Assembly: GCA_050436805.1 (NCBI GenBank)
Contig: JBNQGE010000023.1
Location: 10,606 to 74,605 of the forward strand
Origin: Candidatus Saccharimonadota bacterium
Lineage (GTDB): Bacteria > Patescibacteriota > Saccharimonadia > Saccharimonadales > UBA4665
DNA: 64,000 bases
Direction: 5' to 3'
Shown here: positions 18,438 to 27,751 of the stretch, piece after piece
Numbering within the stretch: position 1 is the first letter of the stretch
Layout of the letters: each line of letters starts with the position of its first letter
Program-made: the position numbers and the translations under genes
The notes under the pieces: generated by a model
The model's input: only the letters and a program-made list of their open reading frames with translations
Told to the model about the DNA's origin: nothing
Database searches by the model: none

Positions 18438-19508
18438 GTGACGAGCGTTATGCTGTTTGACCTAGTAGACACACTACAAAAGAAACGGCGACTTTTATTT
18501 GTCGTGGCGTTTATCAGTATCGATTTTTGGCTCCTAACATTCTTCTGCCAAGTACTGCAAACACACCGTTCGAACATTGCCGCTCATATACATACTTCCG
18601 AACTTGCGCTGACTCAAGTTCAATATCAAAACGGCGCGCTCACAAGCGGCACCATCACCGATAGTATGGGCCACCTTGTTACCGTTTTAGAAATTAGGGT
18701 CTTGCGCACCACGGTGTCGAGTGCAGATGGCATCACCAAAGCCGAGCATGGCCTACAGCTTGGTGCCCGAACGACGCTCCATGCCATAAACACTGGAGCC
18801 GTCGCTACGGTCCATGCGGTCGGGTATGGCATTGGATTTACATTGCGCACGATTGGTCAAATCATCCTATTTATTTGGCGCGTGGTGACATTCCCCTTTG
18901 TGGCAATCGGGCACGGAGTAGAGCATGTGTTCGGAGCTACAAGTAGCAGCCTAGCTTCTGTTATTCAGCCAAAGAATACGGCGAACGTGCCGGTCATCAC
19001 GCCCGAGCAAGCCCAGCAAGCTACGTTAATTCAGAAAGATACGCTTGCCGTTACACCGGTCAAACCCACCGGGTCGGGCGGCGCCTGCGATAGTGGGGCA
19101 GGTAACGGCGGCTATCCTGTAGATTGGTGCAATGCACGTATGGATACGATGCAGACGGTTTCTTACAGTAGCGATCACATCAACCGCGAGTGCACATCGT
19201 ATGCTTATTGGTATTTCACAACCATCGAAGGCCACACCAATTTTTACGTTACGGGCAACGCCAACCGCTGGGCGCGCACCTCAAATTATCCAGCGCACGC
19301 CGCGCCAGCAGTCGGTGGTATTGCTGTAGAAACCGGCGGATACTACGGCCATGTCGCTATCGTGCAGGCATTGCCGGGCCAAACGTACGATGGCAAAGTC
19401 GTGCCCGATGGCTACGTGCTTGTCAGTGAAATGAACTACGACTGGCAAGGTCACTTCCGTTATTCGTACAGCCCACTCAGTAAGTTTTCGTCATACATTT
19501 ACCCATAA
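18438..19508 (+). CDS. Membrane-anchored CHAP-domain peptidoglycan hydrolase/amidase
   Basis: The C-terminal ..NRECTSYAYWYF..GGYYGHVAIVQAL.. pattern gives the CHAP Cys/His residues. The N-terminus has TM segments. Confidence 0.7.
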   Translation: MTSVMLFDLVDTLQKKRRLLFVVAFISIDFWLLTFFCQVLQTHRSNIAAHIHTSELALTQVQYQNGALTSGTITDSMGHLVTVLEIRVLRTTVSSADGITKAEHGLQLGARTTLHAINTGAVATVHAVGYGIGFTLRTIGQIILFIWRVVTFPFVAIGHGVEHVFGATSSSLASVIQPKNTANVPVITPEQAQQATLIQKDTLAVTPVKPTGSGGACDSGAGNGGYPVDWCNARMDTMQTVSYSSDHINRECTSYAYWYFTTIEGHTNFYVTGNANRWARTSNYPAHAAPAVGGIAVETGGYYGHVAIVQALPGQTYDGKVVPDGYVLVSEMNYDWQGHFRYSYSPLSKFSSYIYP

Positions 19509-19515
19509 AATCATC

Positions 19516-20130
19516 CTAAAACACTACAGTAGACAAGTGAGCCTGCATAGTCGCCACGTACAGAGGATCTGCAACATCATGGCCAACATCCAAGACAGTT
19601 GTTAATTGGGCATGCGGCAATATTCTTTCGGCTTCTTCACTACGAAAGGCGAGTTCAGCCCTCTCATCGTAACCGACAAATAGCTGGACATTGCAACTAA
19701 TATGTTTGGCGATTTCCGCAAACACCATCTGTTTGTAGCCCTCAAGCTGGCGAGCCGAATAACCAGCTGCAAGCAATTCATTAGTAAAGCTCGTGGAGGC
19801 TAGGTCTTCTTGGAAAAAGGGCGAAAGCGAAGCCAATACCAAACCCGTAGGCTGGCGGTCTTCAACCTGCCGGGCGGCAACTAGCAGGGCTGCCACAGCC
19901 CCAAATGAAAACCCGCCCAAGATAACCTGGCTCGTGTCTGGATACTCCTCGTAGGCAGCCTCTAGTTGCCTAGCAACACCGTCGGCGGTCGGTGCCTTCA
20001 CCGTCCAATCAATGTCTACGAAGCGGGCGGTATAGCCAATATCCTCAAGGGCATTAAGCACATCTCCGTAGGGCCGACTCGTTAGTCCCTCGTTACGACC
20101 TGGCGCAAATAAAATTGTTTTCTTTTCCAT
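19516..20130 (-). CDS. Alpha/beta hydrolase
   Basis: GFSFGA nucleophile elbow (GxSxG). I place the start at ATG 20130 (MEKKTILFAPG). Confidence 0.6.
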   Translation of the reverse strand: MEKKTILFAPGRNEGLTSRPYGDVLNALEDIGYTARFVDIDWTVKAPTADGVARQLEAAYEEYPDTSQVILGGFSFGAVAALLVAARQVEDRQPTGLVLASLSPFFQEDLASTSFTNELLAAGYSARQLEGYKQMVFAEIAKHISCNVQLFVGYDERAELAFRSEEAERILPHAQLTTVLDVGHDVADPLYVATMQAHLSTVVF

Positions 20131-20222
20131 AGCGATATTGTAACATTCGTGCAATAATCCCAGCTGGCCACATAAAACAGCATAGTATCTTAGTGGTAGA
20201 GTGGCATAATAGAGTCTAGTTT

Positions 20223-20900
20223 ATGTCACAAATGCATCATCACCGTCTTTCCAATAATCCGTACATCGATCGCGTATGGGCAACACAGAATGTCACCGAC
20301 GGCATATATCTGGCTACACCTGATGGATCGTGGGATATTATTGTCCTCATTCAGGCAGATGGCTCGCGGGGCGTCATGCTTGCCGGACAAGCCACCGAGC
20401 CCATGAACGTTCCTTATCAGGCCGACACAAGTTCAGTTGTGATTTCGTTCGCTGCCGGTACCTTTTTGCCAGCATATCCCGGCAAAAGGATGCTCAACCT
20501 CGCACAAATGCTGCCGTGCCCGGATGCTAATCACTTTACGCTAGCGGGCGCAACGTTTGCGATACCAACCTTCGAAACTGCCGAAGAGCTCGCTGAGGCC
20601 ATGGTTGATCAAGGTTTGCTTAAGGTAGATGCGGTGGTTGCTGCTATTCTACAAGGCGACACCAAGGCGCTATCCGACCGTGTCAAACAACGGCATTTTC
20701 TAGAGGTAACTGGCCTAACTCGCAAATCACTCGAACAGATCCGGCGTGCCCAAGAAGCAGTTCGACAGCTACAAGCAGGCAAACGGCCGGTTGACGTTGC
20801 TATGGATGCCGGCTTTGCAGACCAGGCACATCTTTCTAAATCCCTCAGGAAAATCATGCACAAAAAACCATCCGATGTGAACGAAATTCATAAACTGTAG
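20223..20900 (+). CDS. AraC-family transcriptional regulator
   Basis: C-terminal HTH ..VAMDAGFADQAHLSKSLRKIMHKKPSD. Confidence 0.65.
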   Translation: MSQMHHHRLSNNPYIDRVWATQNVTDGIYLATPDGSWDIIVLIQADGSRGVMLAGQATEPMNVPYQADTSSVVISFAAGTFLPAYPGKRMLNLAQMLPCPDANHFTLAGATFAIPTFETAEELAEAMVDQGLLKVDAVVAAILQGDTKALSDRVKQRHFLEVTGLTRKSLEQIRRAQEAVRQLQAGKRPVDVAMDAGFADQAHLSKSLRKIMHKKPSDVNEIHKL

Positions 20901-20975
20901 GTTGTCGCTTTTGTACAAAACATAGCCTGCAACAACTGGTTAAATAGTGGTACTACCACATAAAGAGGAGCCATC

Positions 20976-21344
20976 ATGGAAATGAAACTCGAACTAGTAC
21001 CAGTACCCGTAAGCGACACCGACCGCGCCAAAGACTTTTATGTCAACAAAGTAGGTTTTAATGCCGACCACGACCACAAAGTCAAACCAGGTCTGCGCTT
21101 TGTGCAATTAACACCTCCGGGTTCAGCCTGTTCAATTGTAATTGGCGACGGCACAACCGAAATGAAACCAGGCACACAAAAGAGCTTACAGATGGTTGTT
21201 AAAGATGTACGAGCACTTCGTGAGGAGCTTATGGGCCGAGGCGTTGAAACGAGCGAGGTTCAAGATATGCCTTGGGGGAGATTCGTTTACTTTAGCGATC
21301 CCGACGGTAACACCTGGGCCCTTCAGCAAATTGTCCACCAATAA
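20976..21344 (+). CDS. VOC/glyoxalase-bleomycin-resistance family protein
   Basis: 122 aa with VPVSDTDRAKDFYVNKVGF..FSDPDGNTWALQQ. GAGGAG SD. Confidence 0.75.
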   Translation: MEMKLELVPVPVSDTDRAKDFYVNKVGFNADHDHKVKPGLRFVQLTPPGSACSIVIGDGTTEMKPGTQKSLQMVVKDVRALREELMGRGVETSEVQDMPWGRFVYFSDPDGNTWALQQIVHQ

Positions 21345-21435
21345 TTAGCTGTTTTACCATCTTCGTAGCGCGTTGACAAGCTTTGACGCGCTACGTTATA
21401 GTGGAGTTCATATACGAGCAGCCTGCGCGATAACT

Positions 21436-21984
21436 ATGATTACCATATTTTTTGAATCCCACTCCACAACCAAAGACAACGAAGCCGGAACGGCAGCCGG
21501 CTGGTATGATGTAGAACTTTCCGATCTTGGCAGGAGCCAAGCCAAGGAAATGGGATCACGCTATAAAGGTCAGTCGTTTGATGCGATATTTTGCTCCGAT
21601 TTGCAGCGTTCCTATAAAACCGCGCAGCTGGCGTTTGGCAACAAATATCCGATCATCCAGGATGTGCGGTTGCGGGAATGCAACTACGGCGATCTGAACC
21701 GTGCTCCCAAAGAAAACATTGAGGCTATGAAGGCTGACGCTGTTGAAATACCATTTCCACACGGCGAAAGCTACCGCGATACATCAGCTCGTATGAAAGC
21801 TTTTTTGGAAGATCTGCGCAAAAGCTACGACGGCAAGACAGTGATGATCATTGGTCATCGAGCCACACAATACGGTCTGGAAGAACACATTACAGGCATC
21901 GAACTTGCAGACGTTGTGACTGCTCCATGGCAGTGGCAGCCAGGCTGGAAATACGAACTGCAGGGTGGCGAATCCGCTCGGTGA
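21436..21984 (+). CDS. Histidine phosphatase (PGAM-like) family protein
   Basis: The start is placed at MITIFFESHSTT.. Family-typical motifs: LSDLGRSQA, SDLQRS, GHRAT. Confidence 0.6.
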   Translation: MITIFFESHSTTKDNEAGTAAGWYDVELSDLGRSQAKEMGSRYKGQSFDAIFCSDLQRSYKTAQLAFGNKYPIIQDVRLRECNYGDLNRAPKENIEAMKADAVEIPFPHGESYRDTSARMKAFLEDLRKSYDGKTVMIIGHRATQYGLEEHITGIELADVVTAPWQWQPGWKYELQGGESAR

Positions 21985-21985
21985 A

Positions 21986-22777
21986 CTAAGGGGCCAAAGG
22001 CGAGGGATATTCCCCTATATTTACGGGGTCGATGGCGCAAAATAGTGCCGTAGAGTGCTCTGAGCAGCCTAGGGTTGAGCCATCATGCATGGCATACGCT
22101 ACTGGTGCGTTAAGAATTGCTTCAATGTAATCTTCAGTCGGTGCTGCAAGCTTAAGCCAGTATACTTTCATGGAGCTGGGATCAGGGTGAGTTTCCATAA
22201 AACGTGCTCGCTCAGACCTTTGCGCGCCGCCAACGCTGTCTCTGTTGAATTCGGGCACAATTTGATGCCACCGCTCTCCTGGACCCATGTTGCCGATGAG
22301 CAATGATGCATCGGGATTTTCACGCGTGTCGATATGGCAGCCGACTTTCGCGGGGAGACCTGTTAGCTGGTTAATTTCCTGGAGATTTACGGAGACCGTC
22401 AACTGGTTTGCGTCATCCAGCCGACTCGTCATATATAACCCTCTGATGCCTGGAACGATTTCTTGATAGGGCTTATGCTCATCGAAACTACTCAGTGGCT
22501 CCTTGTTGCATTCTTCCAATAAGCGCGCACCGAGAATACGAGGCAGACGAACAAGCTGCATCGTCCTTTTGGTGTCGGTGCTGGCAGTTATGCCATCAAG
22601 CTCTTCGCTAGTTGCCAGGCGCGGTAGGGTAGCGGGTACGATAACTCGCGCGATATCTGACGCCAAGTAGCCTTGGCGTTCTGCCTCGGTAGGCTCCAAT
22701 ATTGTCAGCCCCGACGACACCATACAACGTTCTCGGAGCGCGTCACGATTTGTGCAGTGAATACCTATCTGCGCCAT
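21986..22777 (-). CDS. Hypothetical protein
   Basis: 263-aa ORF, apparently in an operon with the upstream Nudix gene. Confidence 0.45.
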   Translation of the reverse strand: MAQIGIHCTNRDALRERCMVSSGLTILEPTEAERQGYLASDIARVIVPATLPRLATSEELDGITASTDTKRTMQLVRLPRILGARLLEECNKEPLSSFDEHKPYQEIVPGIRGLYMTSRLDDANQLTVSVNLQEINQLTGLPAKVGCHIDTRENPDASLLIGNMGPGERWHQIVPEFNRDSVGGAQRSERARFMETHPDPSSMKVYWLKLAAPTEDYIEAILNAPVAYAMHDGSTLGCSEHSTALFCAIDPVNIGEYPSPLAP

Positions 22778-22793
22778 AGTTTACCCATATTAG

Positions 22794-23243
22794 CTAGCGC
22801 GAAACAATCTTTGTTGGCCTACCATTTGCTTGCTTGGTGAGATTTTCTGTACTCAAGAATTCAGGCAAGACTCGTCTGCCATCTGCAGGATTTATGAACT
22901 CGATCTCCTCAATTTCTGTCTCGCCGTGAGTTGTCTTGGCCAAGTCGATATCTAAGTAATCTTCGCTATTTGTGATATGAAAGAAAAACTCTAGGTGGTC
23001 TATTTCACCGTGAGTAAACTGCTGGACGTACAAAAGATCACCAACATGCGCCTCAACGCCTGTTTCCTCGAGCATTTCACGCTTCACGCCATCCAATAGC
23101 GATTCGCCATCGTCCAAGCCACCGCCAGGCAAGCACCAGTAGCTATTGTCTTGTTCTAGATGGGCTTTGTATTTTTTGAGTCGCACACATAAAAGCCTAC
23201 CCTCGTGCAATACAATGCCGCGTACTGAAATTCGTCGAGCCAT
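22794..23243 (-). CDS. Nudix hydrolase
   Basis: Complete Nudix box GGGLDDGESLLDGVKREMLEETGV. Confidence 0.8.
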   Translation of the reverse strand: MARRISVRGIVLHEGRLLCVRLKKYKAHLEQDNSYWCLPGGGLDDGESLLDGVKREMLEETGVEAHVGDLLYVQQFTHGEIDHLEFFFHITNSEDYLDIDLAKTTHGETEIEEIEFINPADGRRVLPEFLSTENLTKQANGRPTKIVSR

Positions 23244-23453
23244 CAGAGCACTCCTATTGTTTAGTTAGCAAAATTATACCAGATACTCCCGGTCAGTTAG
23301 GTAAATCGTTGGTAACGTTATTGGGAATATATGTCGCTAAGGTAAGATCCGTCCCCATCGTAGAGTCAACCATAGAAAAAAATCGGGCAATGCTATCTCT
23401 GGTCATCGTAGGGCTTGAACAAATATTGCATTATTGTATAATATAGTTTAATT

Positions 23454-24308
23454 ATGTACGAGCCGCCGTTTGAACAGATTGCCGCCAGCAATTTCATGCC
23501 TTTTATTCCCGTACAGGAAGAGATCGGCAATGCCGAGAAAGTATACGAACTGAGCGATCCCGCTCGGTCAATAGTTCGAGTGTTTACAGCCAGCCAAGCC
23601 TACAAATTGCTAACTCCAGATGAACGACACGACGAAATCGAACGATGCATTGCATACTCCCGTGAGATTACCGATGACATGACAAGGCTGAAAAACCAGT
23701 ATGACATCAAAACGCCCGGCATAGCCTTTGCAATCGGTGCGCCCAGCGATATGCCCGGTGCAGTGACATTGTATGCAAACGTAGAACGCGTGCACGGAGA
23801 ATCGCTGCCCACGGCCCTCGACAATCACGCAGTCCCGGATGAGATATACGATCACTATTTGGTAAGCCAGGCGCGCTATGCCATGGATTGCATAAAGACA
23901 GGTAGTCCTTGCCGGTTTGATATCATAGGTCGCGAAGTTCAGTACGTCTATGGCCACGTGTCACCACATGCCGCGTCCGATGAAATCTATCTGGTCGATG
24001 TTGGTGACATGGCCAAGGAGATGCCTGCAGCCGAGCTGATACTTAAATCCGGTAGGCGCTCACGGGATGGCGTTCGGAAACCTCCGTATTCTCCGCTACG
24101 TTCGGTTATAAATAATGCCGTGTACGCTACCGCCAAGCAGCTCGACAAACGGGAGAGCGAAGGCTACCAACTACCCGTTGCCTCCGAGGTAATCGCGCAG
24201 GCACGCACCGATTTGCTCCAACTATGGCCAAATCTTGTCCAGCCCCTCGAAGATAGATATAACTCCAGTCAGCAATCCGACCCTCGTTTCCATTATCCAG
24301 TTCGGTAA
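23454..24308 (+). CDS. Hypothetical protein
   Basis: 284-aa ORF with no motif I recognise. Confidence 0.45.
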   Translation: MYEPPFEQIAASNFMPFIPVQEEIGNAEKVYELSDPARSIVRVFTASQAYKLLTPDERHDEIERCIAYSREITDDMTRLKNQYDIKTPGIAFAIGAPSDMPGAVTLYANVERVHGESLPTALDNHAVPDEIYDHYLVSQARYAMDCIKTGSPCRFDIIGREVQYVYGHVSPHAASDEIYLVDVGDMAKEMPAAELILKSGRRSRDGVRKPPYSPLRSVINNAVYATAKQLDKRESEGYQLPVASEVIAQARTDLLQLWPNLVQPLEDRYNSSQQSDPRFHYPVR

Positions 24309-24416
24309 GAAACTTCGTAACACACAATACACATACTATGTGTTACGATTATTATTACAAAAAATGTGGGAAATTATTGAAGCCAACCTAATTAAAGATA
24401 CTACCGAGGAACATAC

Positions 24417-25049
24417 ATGGCACGGGTACTAATTGAAGGCAGCAGCACTGCTTACGGTTTATGGGGTGGTGTTGGTGGCGGCTGGGCAGATCGGCTCAAA
24501 GTTGACTTGCTTACAAATCCAGATCGCAACCAATACGCAACAGTAATTAATCTGGCAACACCGTTGCGAGAAGTTGGCGTTATCGAAGAAACACTTCCTC
24601 AAAATGCACGTACCTATGCGGGCCGTAGTTTAGCACGTATAGGCATTTTTATGCTGGGTACGAATGAGTCAAGAAAGATACATGGTCGGCACTCTGTGCC
24701 TCCCGAAGACTTTAGGCGATCCGTGGGAAGAATTTCCGCTATTAGCCATACCTTTGGCTATACGCCAATTTTTCTAGGCATGCCACCAATCGATGAGGCT
24801 CGAACCCTGCATCTTAATTCCCGCTATACAGAAGAAGCTCGCGTACTTTACCAGGGTATTGTGCAAGAAGTAGCTGCTCAAAACAACGACATATACATTG
24901 ACATTGAATCAGGTTTGGCGCAACGTTTTCCTAACCAAGACACCATACTAGATAAAGACGGGATGCACGTCAACGATATCGGACATGCTGCAATTTATGA
25001 AATGGTCACGCCCATCGTGACCAATACGCTTACTCAGTTCCGCAGCTAG
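24417..25049 (+). CDS. SGNH/GDSL-like hydrolase
   Basis: An N-terminal G-S-S block (IEGSSTAYG) and a C-terminal DGMHVNDIGH (DxxH). Confidence 0.55.
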   Translation: MARVLIEGSSTAYGLWGGVGGGWADRLKVDLLTNPDRNQYATVINLATPLREVGVIEETLPQNARTYAGRSLARIGIFMLGTNESRKIHGRHSVPPEDFRRSVGRISAISHTFGYTPIFLGMPPIDEARTLHLNSRYTEEARVLYQGIVQEVAAQNNDIYIDIESGLAQRFPNQDTILDKDGMHVNDIGHAAIYEMVTPIVTNTLTQFRS

Positions 25050-25077
25050 CTCTTGGAGCATCCACTGCGCTCTGTCA

Positions 25078-25105
25078 TTGACAAATTGGCAAGTTTCCTT
25101 ACAAT
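25078..25105 (+). promoter_or_regulatory. Sigma70-type promoter of leader A
   Basis: TTGACA (25078-83), 16-nt spacer, TACAAT (25100-05). Confidence 0.55.
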
Positions 25106-25111
25106 ATATGA

Positions 25112-25355
25112 CATAGTCATGGTATAAAGCGTTAGAGTTCCAGTCACGATGGAACGAGCTGAGCGTCAAAATACGCTACGGAATCTAAACCGTAAAATAC
25201 AGTAGCCGTTGTCGCAGGAAACTGTGGAGCCGGTACCAAGAGCCTCTGAACGGTAACGTTCACTGGAATAAGGATGGGACCGCGGAAGGTCTTTTTTATT
25301 GCCTTTCGTTCCTTAGTAATCACTACATTAATGCATAATTAATACTAAGGATACT
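25112..25355 (+). promoter_or_regulatory. T-box riboswitch leader A: translational (SD-sequestering) type, predicted tRNA-His specific
   Basis: - Short Stem I: GUUCCA-[GUCACGA]-UGGAAC (25137-55), with CAC in the terminal loop.
- T-box core: AAGGA / 7-nt bulge UGGGACC / GCGGAAGG (25270-89), pairing with CCUUUCGU/UCCUU (25302-14).
- Alternative helix: UCCUUAGUA (25310-18) with UACUAAGGA (25343-51), which buries the SD 4 nt before ATG 25356.
- Support: covariation with leader B. Confidence 0.7.
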
Positions 25356-26030
25356 ATGGAAAATTATCTTACTTCTCGTAAAATTCTCACGTATGATGAC
25401 CTAAAAGCTCCCGAGTCTGGCACGAGTTCAGAGCCGCTTGTCGATGTTCGAACATATGACCCGCGAATTGTGGCGCAATACATCAAGGACGACATGCGCA
25501 AATATACCGGTGATCAGATTTACGTGCGAGATACACTTGCACAAAAGCTCGGTAACGTTAGTGCTGAACTTGCTGCATCAAATTTACGTCTTAAGGTTGT
25601 GTATGGCTATCGACACCCCGAGGTGCAGCAAGCATATTTCTCAAAACGACAAACAGAGATCCTTACCGAATTTCCCGATCTTTCGGGTGACGACTTAGAG
25701 CGATACACACACAACTTTGTTGCCGTTCCTGATGTAGCTGGCCACCCGGCAGGTGCAGCTGTGGATCTCACGATTATCGACATGTCCGGTGATGACCTAG
25801 ACATGGGAACGGGTATCGCCGACTACAGTGATCCGCAGCTCATTCGCACCTTTGATTCGCGCCTTTCTAATCAACAGCAAAATAATCGTTTAGTTCTGCA
25901 CGATCTGATGATAGACCAAGGCTTTGCACCATTTTATGGAGAATGGTGGCACTTTTCGTATGGCGACCGAGAATGGGCAGCCTTTAACCATAAAAAAACA
26001 GCACGTTACTGTGCTGTCGAATTAACGTAG
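25356..26030 (+). CDS. M15-family D-Ala-D-Ala dipeptidase-like (VanX/DdpX-like) metallopeptidase
   Basis: YGYRHPEVQQ.., ..VPDVAGHPAGAAVDLTI.. (SxHxxGxAxD-like) and ..GEWWHFSYGD. Confidence 0.7.
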   Translation: MENYLTSRKILTYDDLKAPESGTSSEPLVDVRTYDPRIVAQYIKDDMRKYTGDQIYVRDTLAQKLGNVSAELAASNLRLKVVYGYRHPEVQQAYFSKRQTEILTEFPDLSGDDLERYTHNFVAVPDVAGHPAGAAVDLTIIDMSGDDLDMGTGIADYSDPQLIRTFDSRLSNQQQNNRLVLHDLMIDQGFAPFYGEWWHFSYGDREWAAFNHKKTARYCAVELT

Positions 26031-26039
26031 TAAGGTCAG

Positions 26040-26083
26040 GTGGAGGCTACTCGGTAAGTGCTTGTAGCACGAGTAGCCTCCAC
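26040..26083. terminator. Perfect 14-bp hairpin between convergent genes (no U-tract)
   Basis: GTGGAGGCTACTCG-(16 nt)-CGAGTAGCCTCCAC. Confidence 0.45.
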
Positions 26084-26117
26084 ATGGCGAAAGGTTAGCG
26101 GTGTCCTGCGGGACGGA

Positions 26118-26711
26118 TCAGGACGGAAGCTGGGTAAGCGCGTCGGCGATGTCACCGAAGAGGTAGACCCGCTGTGTGCTCTCGGACCCATTGACGACCA
26201 CCTGGTCGGTGTCGCCCACGTTCTGTAGCTCGGGGATCTCCTGGGCACCGATCTTGCGGTACAGGTGGATCGAGTTCGAACCCATCGCGGCAGTACGGAA
26301 CGCGTAGTGCATGTCGCCGCGATGGCAGATGGTGAGCATCCGATGGCGGACCAGCTCGTAGGCGATACCACGACCGCGATGGGTGTTAATCACGCCCAGC
26401 TCAGACATGTACCAGGTCTTCTGCAGGTCTCCGGTGTAGTGCTCCGAATCGCTGAGAAACCTCTGCACCTCGTCCGGCGCCTTGAGAACAGGCAGGGCGC
26501 AGCCGAAGCCGACGACCTTTTCGTTCTCGATTGCCAGGATGACGATGCCGTCCTCGACGTGAGGGTGCCAGACGTGGTCAAGCACGTCGTCGTCGCTGTA
26601 CTGCTCGTTGTAGGGTGGACCGCCGAAAGCCTCCTGGTAGGCCCGAATGAAGCCGAGGCGGTCACTGGGAAGGGTGGTTTCGTCGCTGAGAACAGGCAGA
26701 TACCTGGTCAA
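26118..26711 (-). CDS. GNAT-family N-acetyltransferase (GC-rich)
   Basis: The acetyl-CoA motif-A region ..LGVINTHRGRGIAYELV.. is present. The gene overlaps the upstream gene by 4 nt. Confidence 0.65.
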   Translation of the reverse strand: MTRYLPVLSDETTLPSDRLGFIRAYQEAFGGPPYNEQYSDDDVLDHVWHPHVEDGIVILAIENEKVVGFGCALPVLKAPDEVQRFLSDSEHYTGDLQKTWYMSELGVINTHRGRGIAYELVRHRMLTICHRGDMHYAFRTAAMGSNSIHLYRKIGAQEIPELQNVGDTDQVVVNGSESTQRVYLFGDIADALTQLPS

Positions 26712-27466
26712 CGTACGACCTCCATTTCGCTCTGCAGGACGACAACGTCGTCACTGATGGTTGCCTTGATGGACTTGCCGGTGGGCTGGACGATGGATTG
26801 CACGCCCGTAACACGACCAACAGCGATGGTTCCAGACCCACACGATTCTTCGTAGAAGAACGTGTCGATGGCGCGGACCCAGACGACCGGGTGCATCCTG
26901 ATAGAATCACCTACGCGTTCGAACCACACCACGCCGACAGCATCGCGCGTGTCAAGGCTGAACTGCGTCATGATGTCACGGTGAGCAGTCTTGTACGTCG
27001 ACGGGTCAGACGGGAAGTCACCTTCGATCACGACGTGCACAATGCCGCCGAGGTCGACGATGTCAGCCAGCTGACCGTTTACGAGCGTGACGTGCTCGAC
27101 GTCAGTCGGCATGCCCGGGAATTCGCAGCGAACGTCGTAGAACTTGGCGTTCTGCTTGGCGACGACAGCGTGAACCACACCTTCGAAACCCGAGACCGTG
27201 AACGACAGATCGTTCAGGCCAAAGTGCTCCGAAAAAAGCAGTGCGGCAGCGCGCGTGGCGTTGCCACAGAACTCGCCACCGGCCATCTCGAAGTGGTGGT
27301 CGTTCAGGACCAGAAAGCCTGCCTGTTCGGCACCGTCCCGTTCCATGCTCTCGCCAAGCGCCTTGCCATCGTGCTCGTACTGAGCGCGGGGCAGGGGTTC
27401 TTCGATGATGCGGATGGCTGTTCCGTTACCACCTGCGGCGGTAACCAACGTGTCATGTGGGCTCAC
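26708..27466 (-). CDS. DapF-family (PLP-independent, two-Cys) amino-acid epimerase/racemase-like protein (GC-rich)
   Basis: GGNGT near the N-terminus, then MAGGEFCGNATR and EESCGSGT. These positions match the two catalytic Cys motifs of diaminopimelate-epimerase-fold enzymes. Confidence 0.5.
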   Translation of the reverse strand: MSPHDTLVTAAGGNGTAIRIIEEPLPRAQYEHDGKALGESMERDGAEQAGFLVLNDHHFEMAGGEFCGNATRAAALLFSEHFGLNDLSFTVSGFEGVVHAVVAKQNAKFYDVRCEFPGMPTDVEHVTLVNGQLADIVDLGGIVHVVIEGDFPSDPSTYKTAHRDIMTQFSLDTRDAVGVVWFERVGDSIRMHPVVWVRAIDTFFYEESCGSGTIAVGRVTGVQSIVQPTGKSIKATISDDVVVLQSEMEVVR

Positions 27467-27751
27467 GATCGTGCTCCTAACTTTTTTGTCTTGATTTGGC
27501 TAACCTAGCCGCCGTAATTTTAGCATGGATGTCAATGCATACACAAGCATAGGGGTTTTCCAAAATACTGCCCAGCTTACGCTCATTTTATAATTCCTAT
27601 AAGTATATACTAATGGCATATCTGCGCTATTGTAATTGTCGTAAATTTGACTTATACCCATTTTAATTTATAATTTCGCGCATGGTTCATTGAGTCAACC
27701 GACTCAGTACATTGAGAACCATAGCAGATTGAGAGAGGAACAAACACAGTC

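Noticed and set aside
25112-25355. Alternative identities for the twin leaders: a ykkC-subtype (PRPP/ppGpp/guanidine) riboswitch, or a transcription-terminating T-box.
   Set aside because: UUAGAGUUCC only superficially resembles the ykkC 5' consensus, and the ykkC core motifs are absent. The AAGGA/UGGGACC/GCGG element fits the T-box bulge exactly. The only U-run lies inside the A2 loop, whereas a conserved, covarying SD-sequestering helix is present, so I prefer translational control.
26265-27508. Plus-strand ORFs (196, 236 and 61 aa) across the GNAT and epimerase-like genes.
   Set aside because: Same reasoning: these are shadow ORFs in a GC-rich block. The minus-strand frames carry recognisable GNAT and DapF-fold motifs and are translationally coupled.
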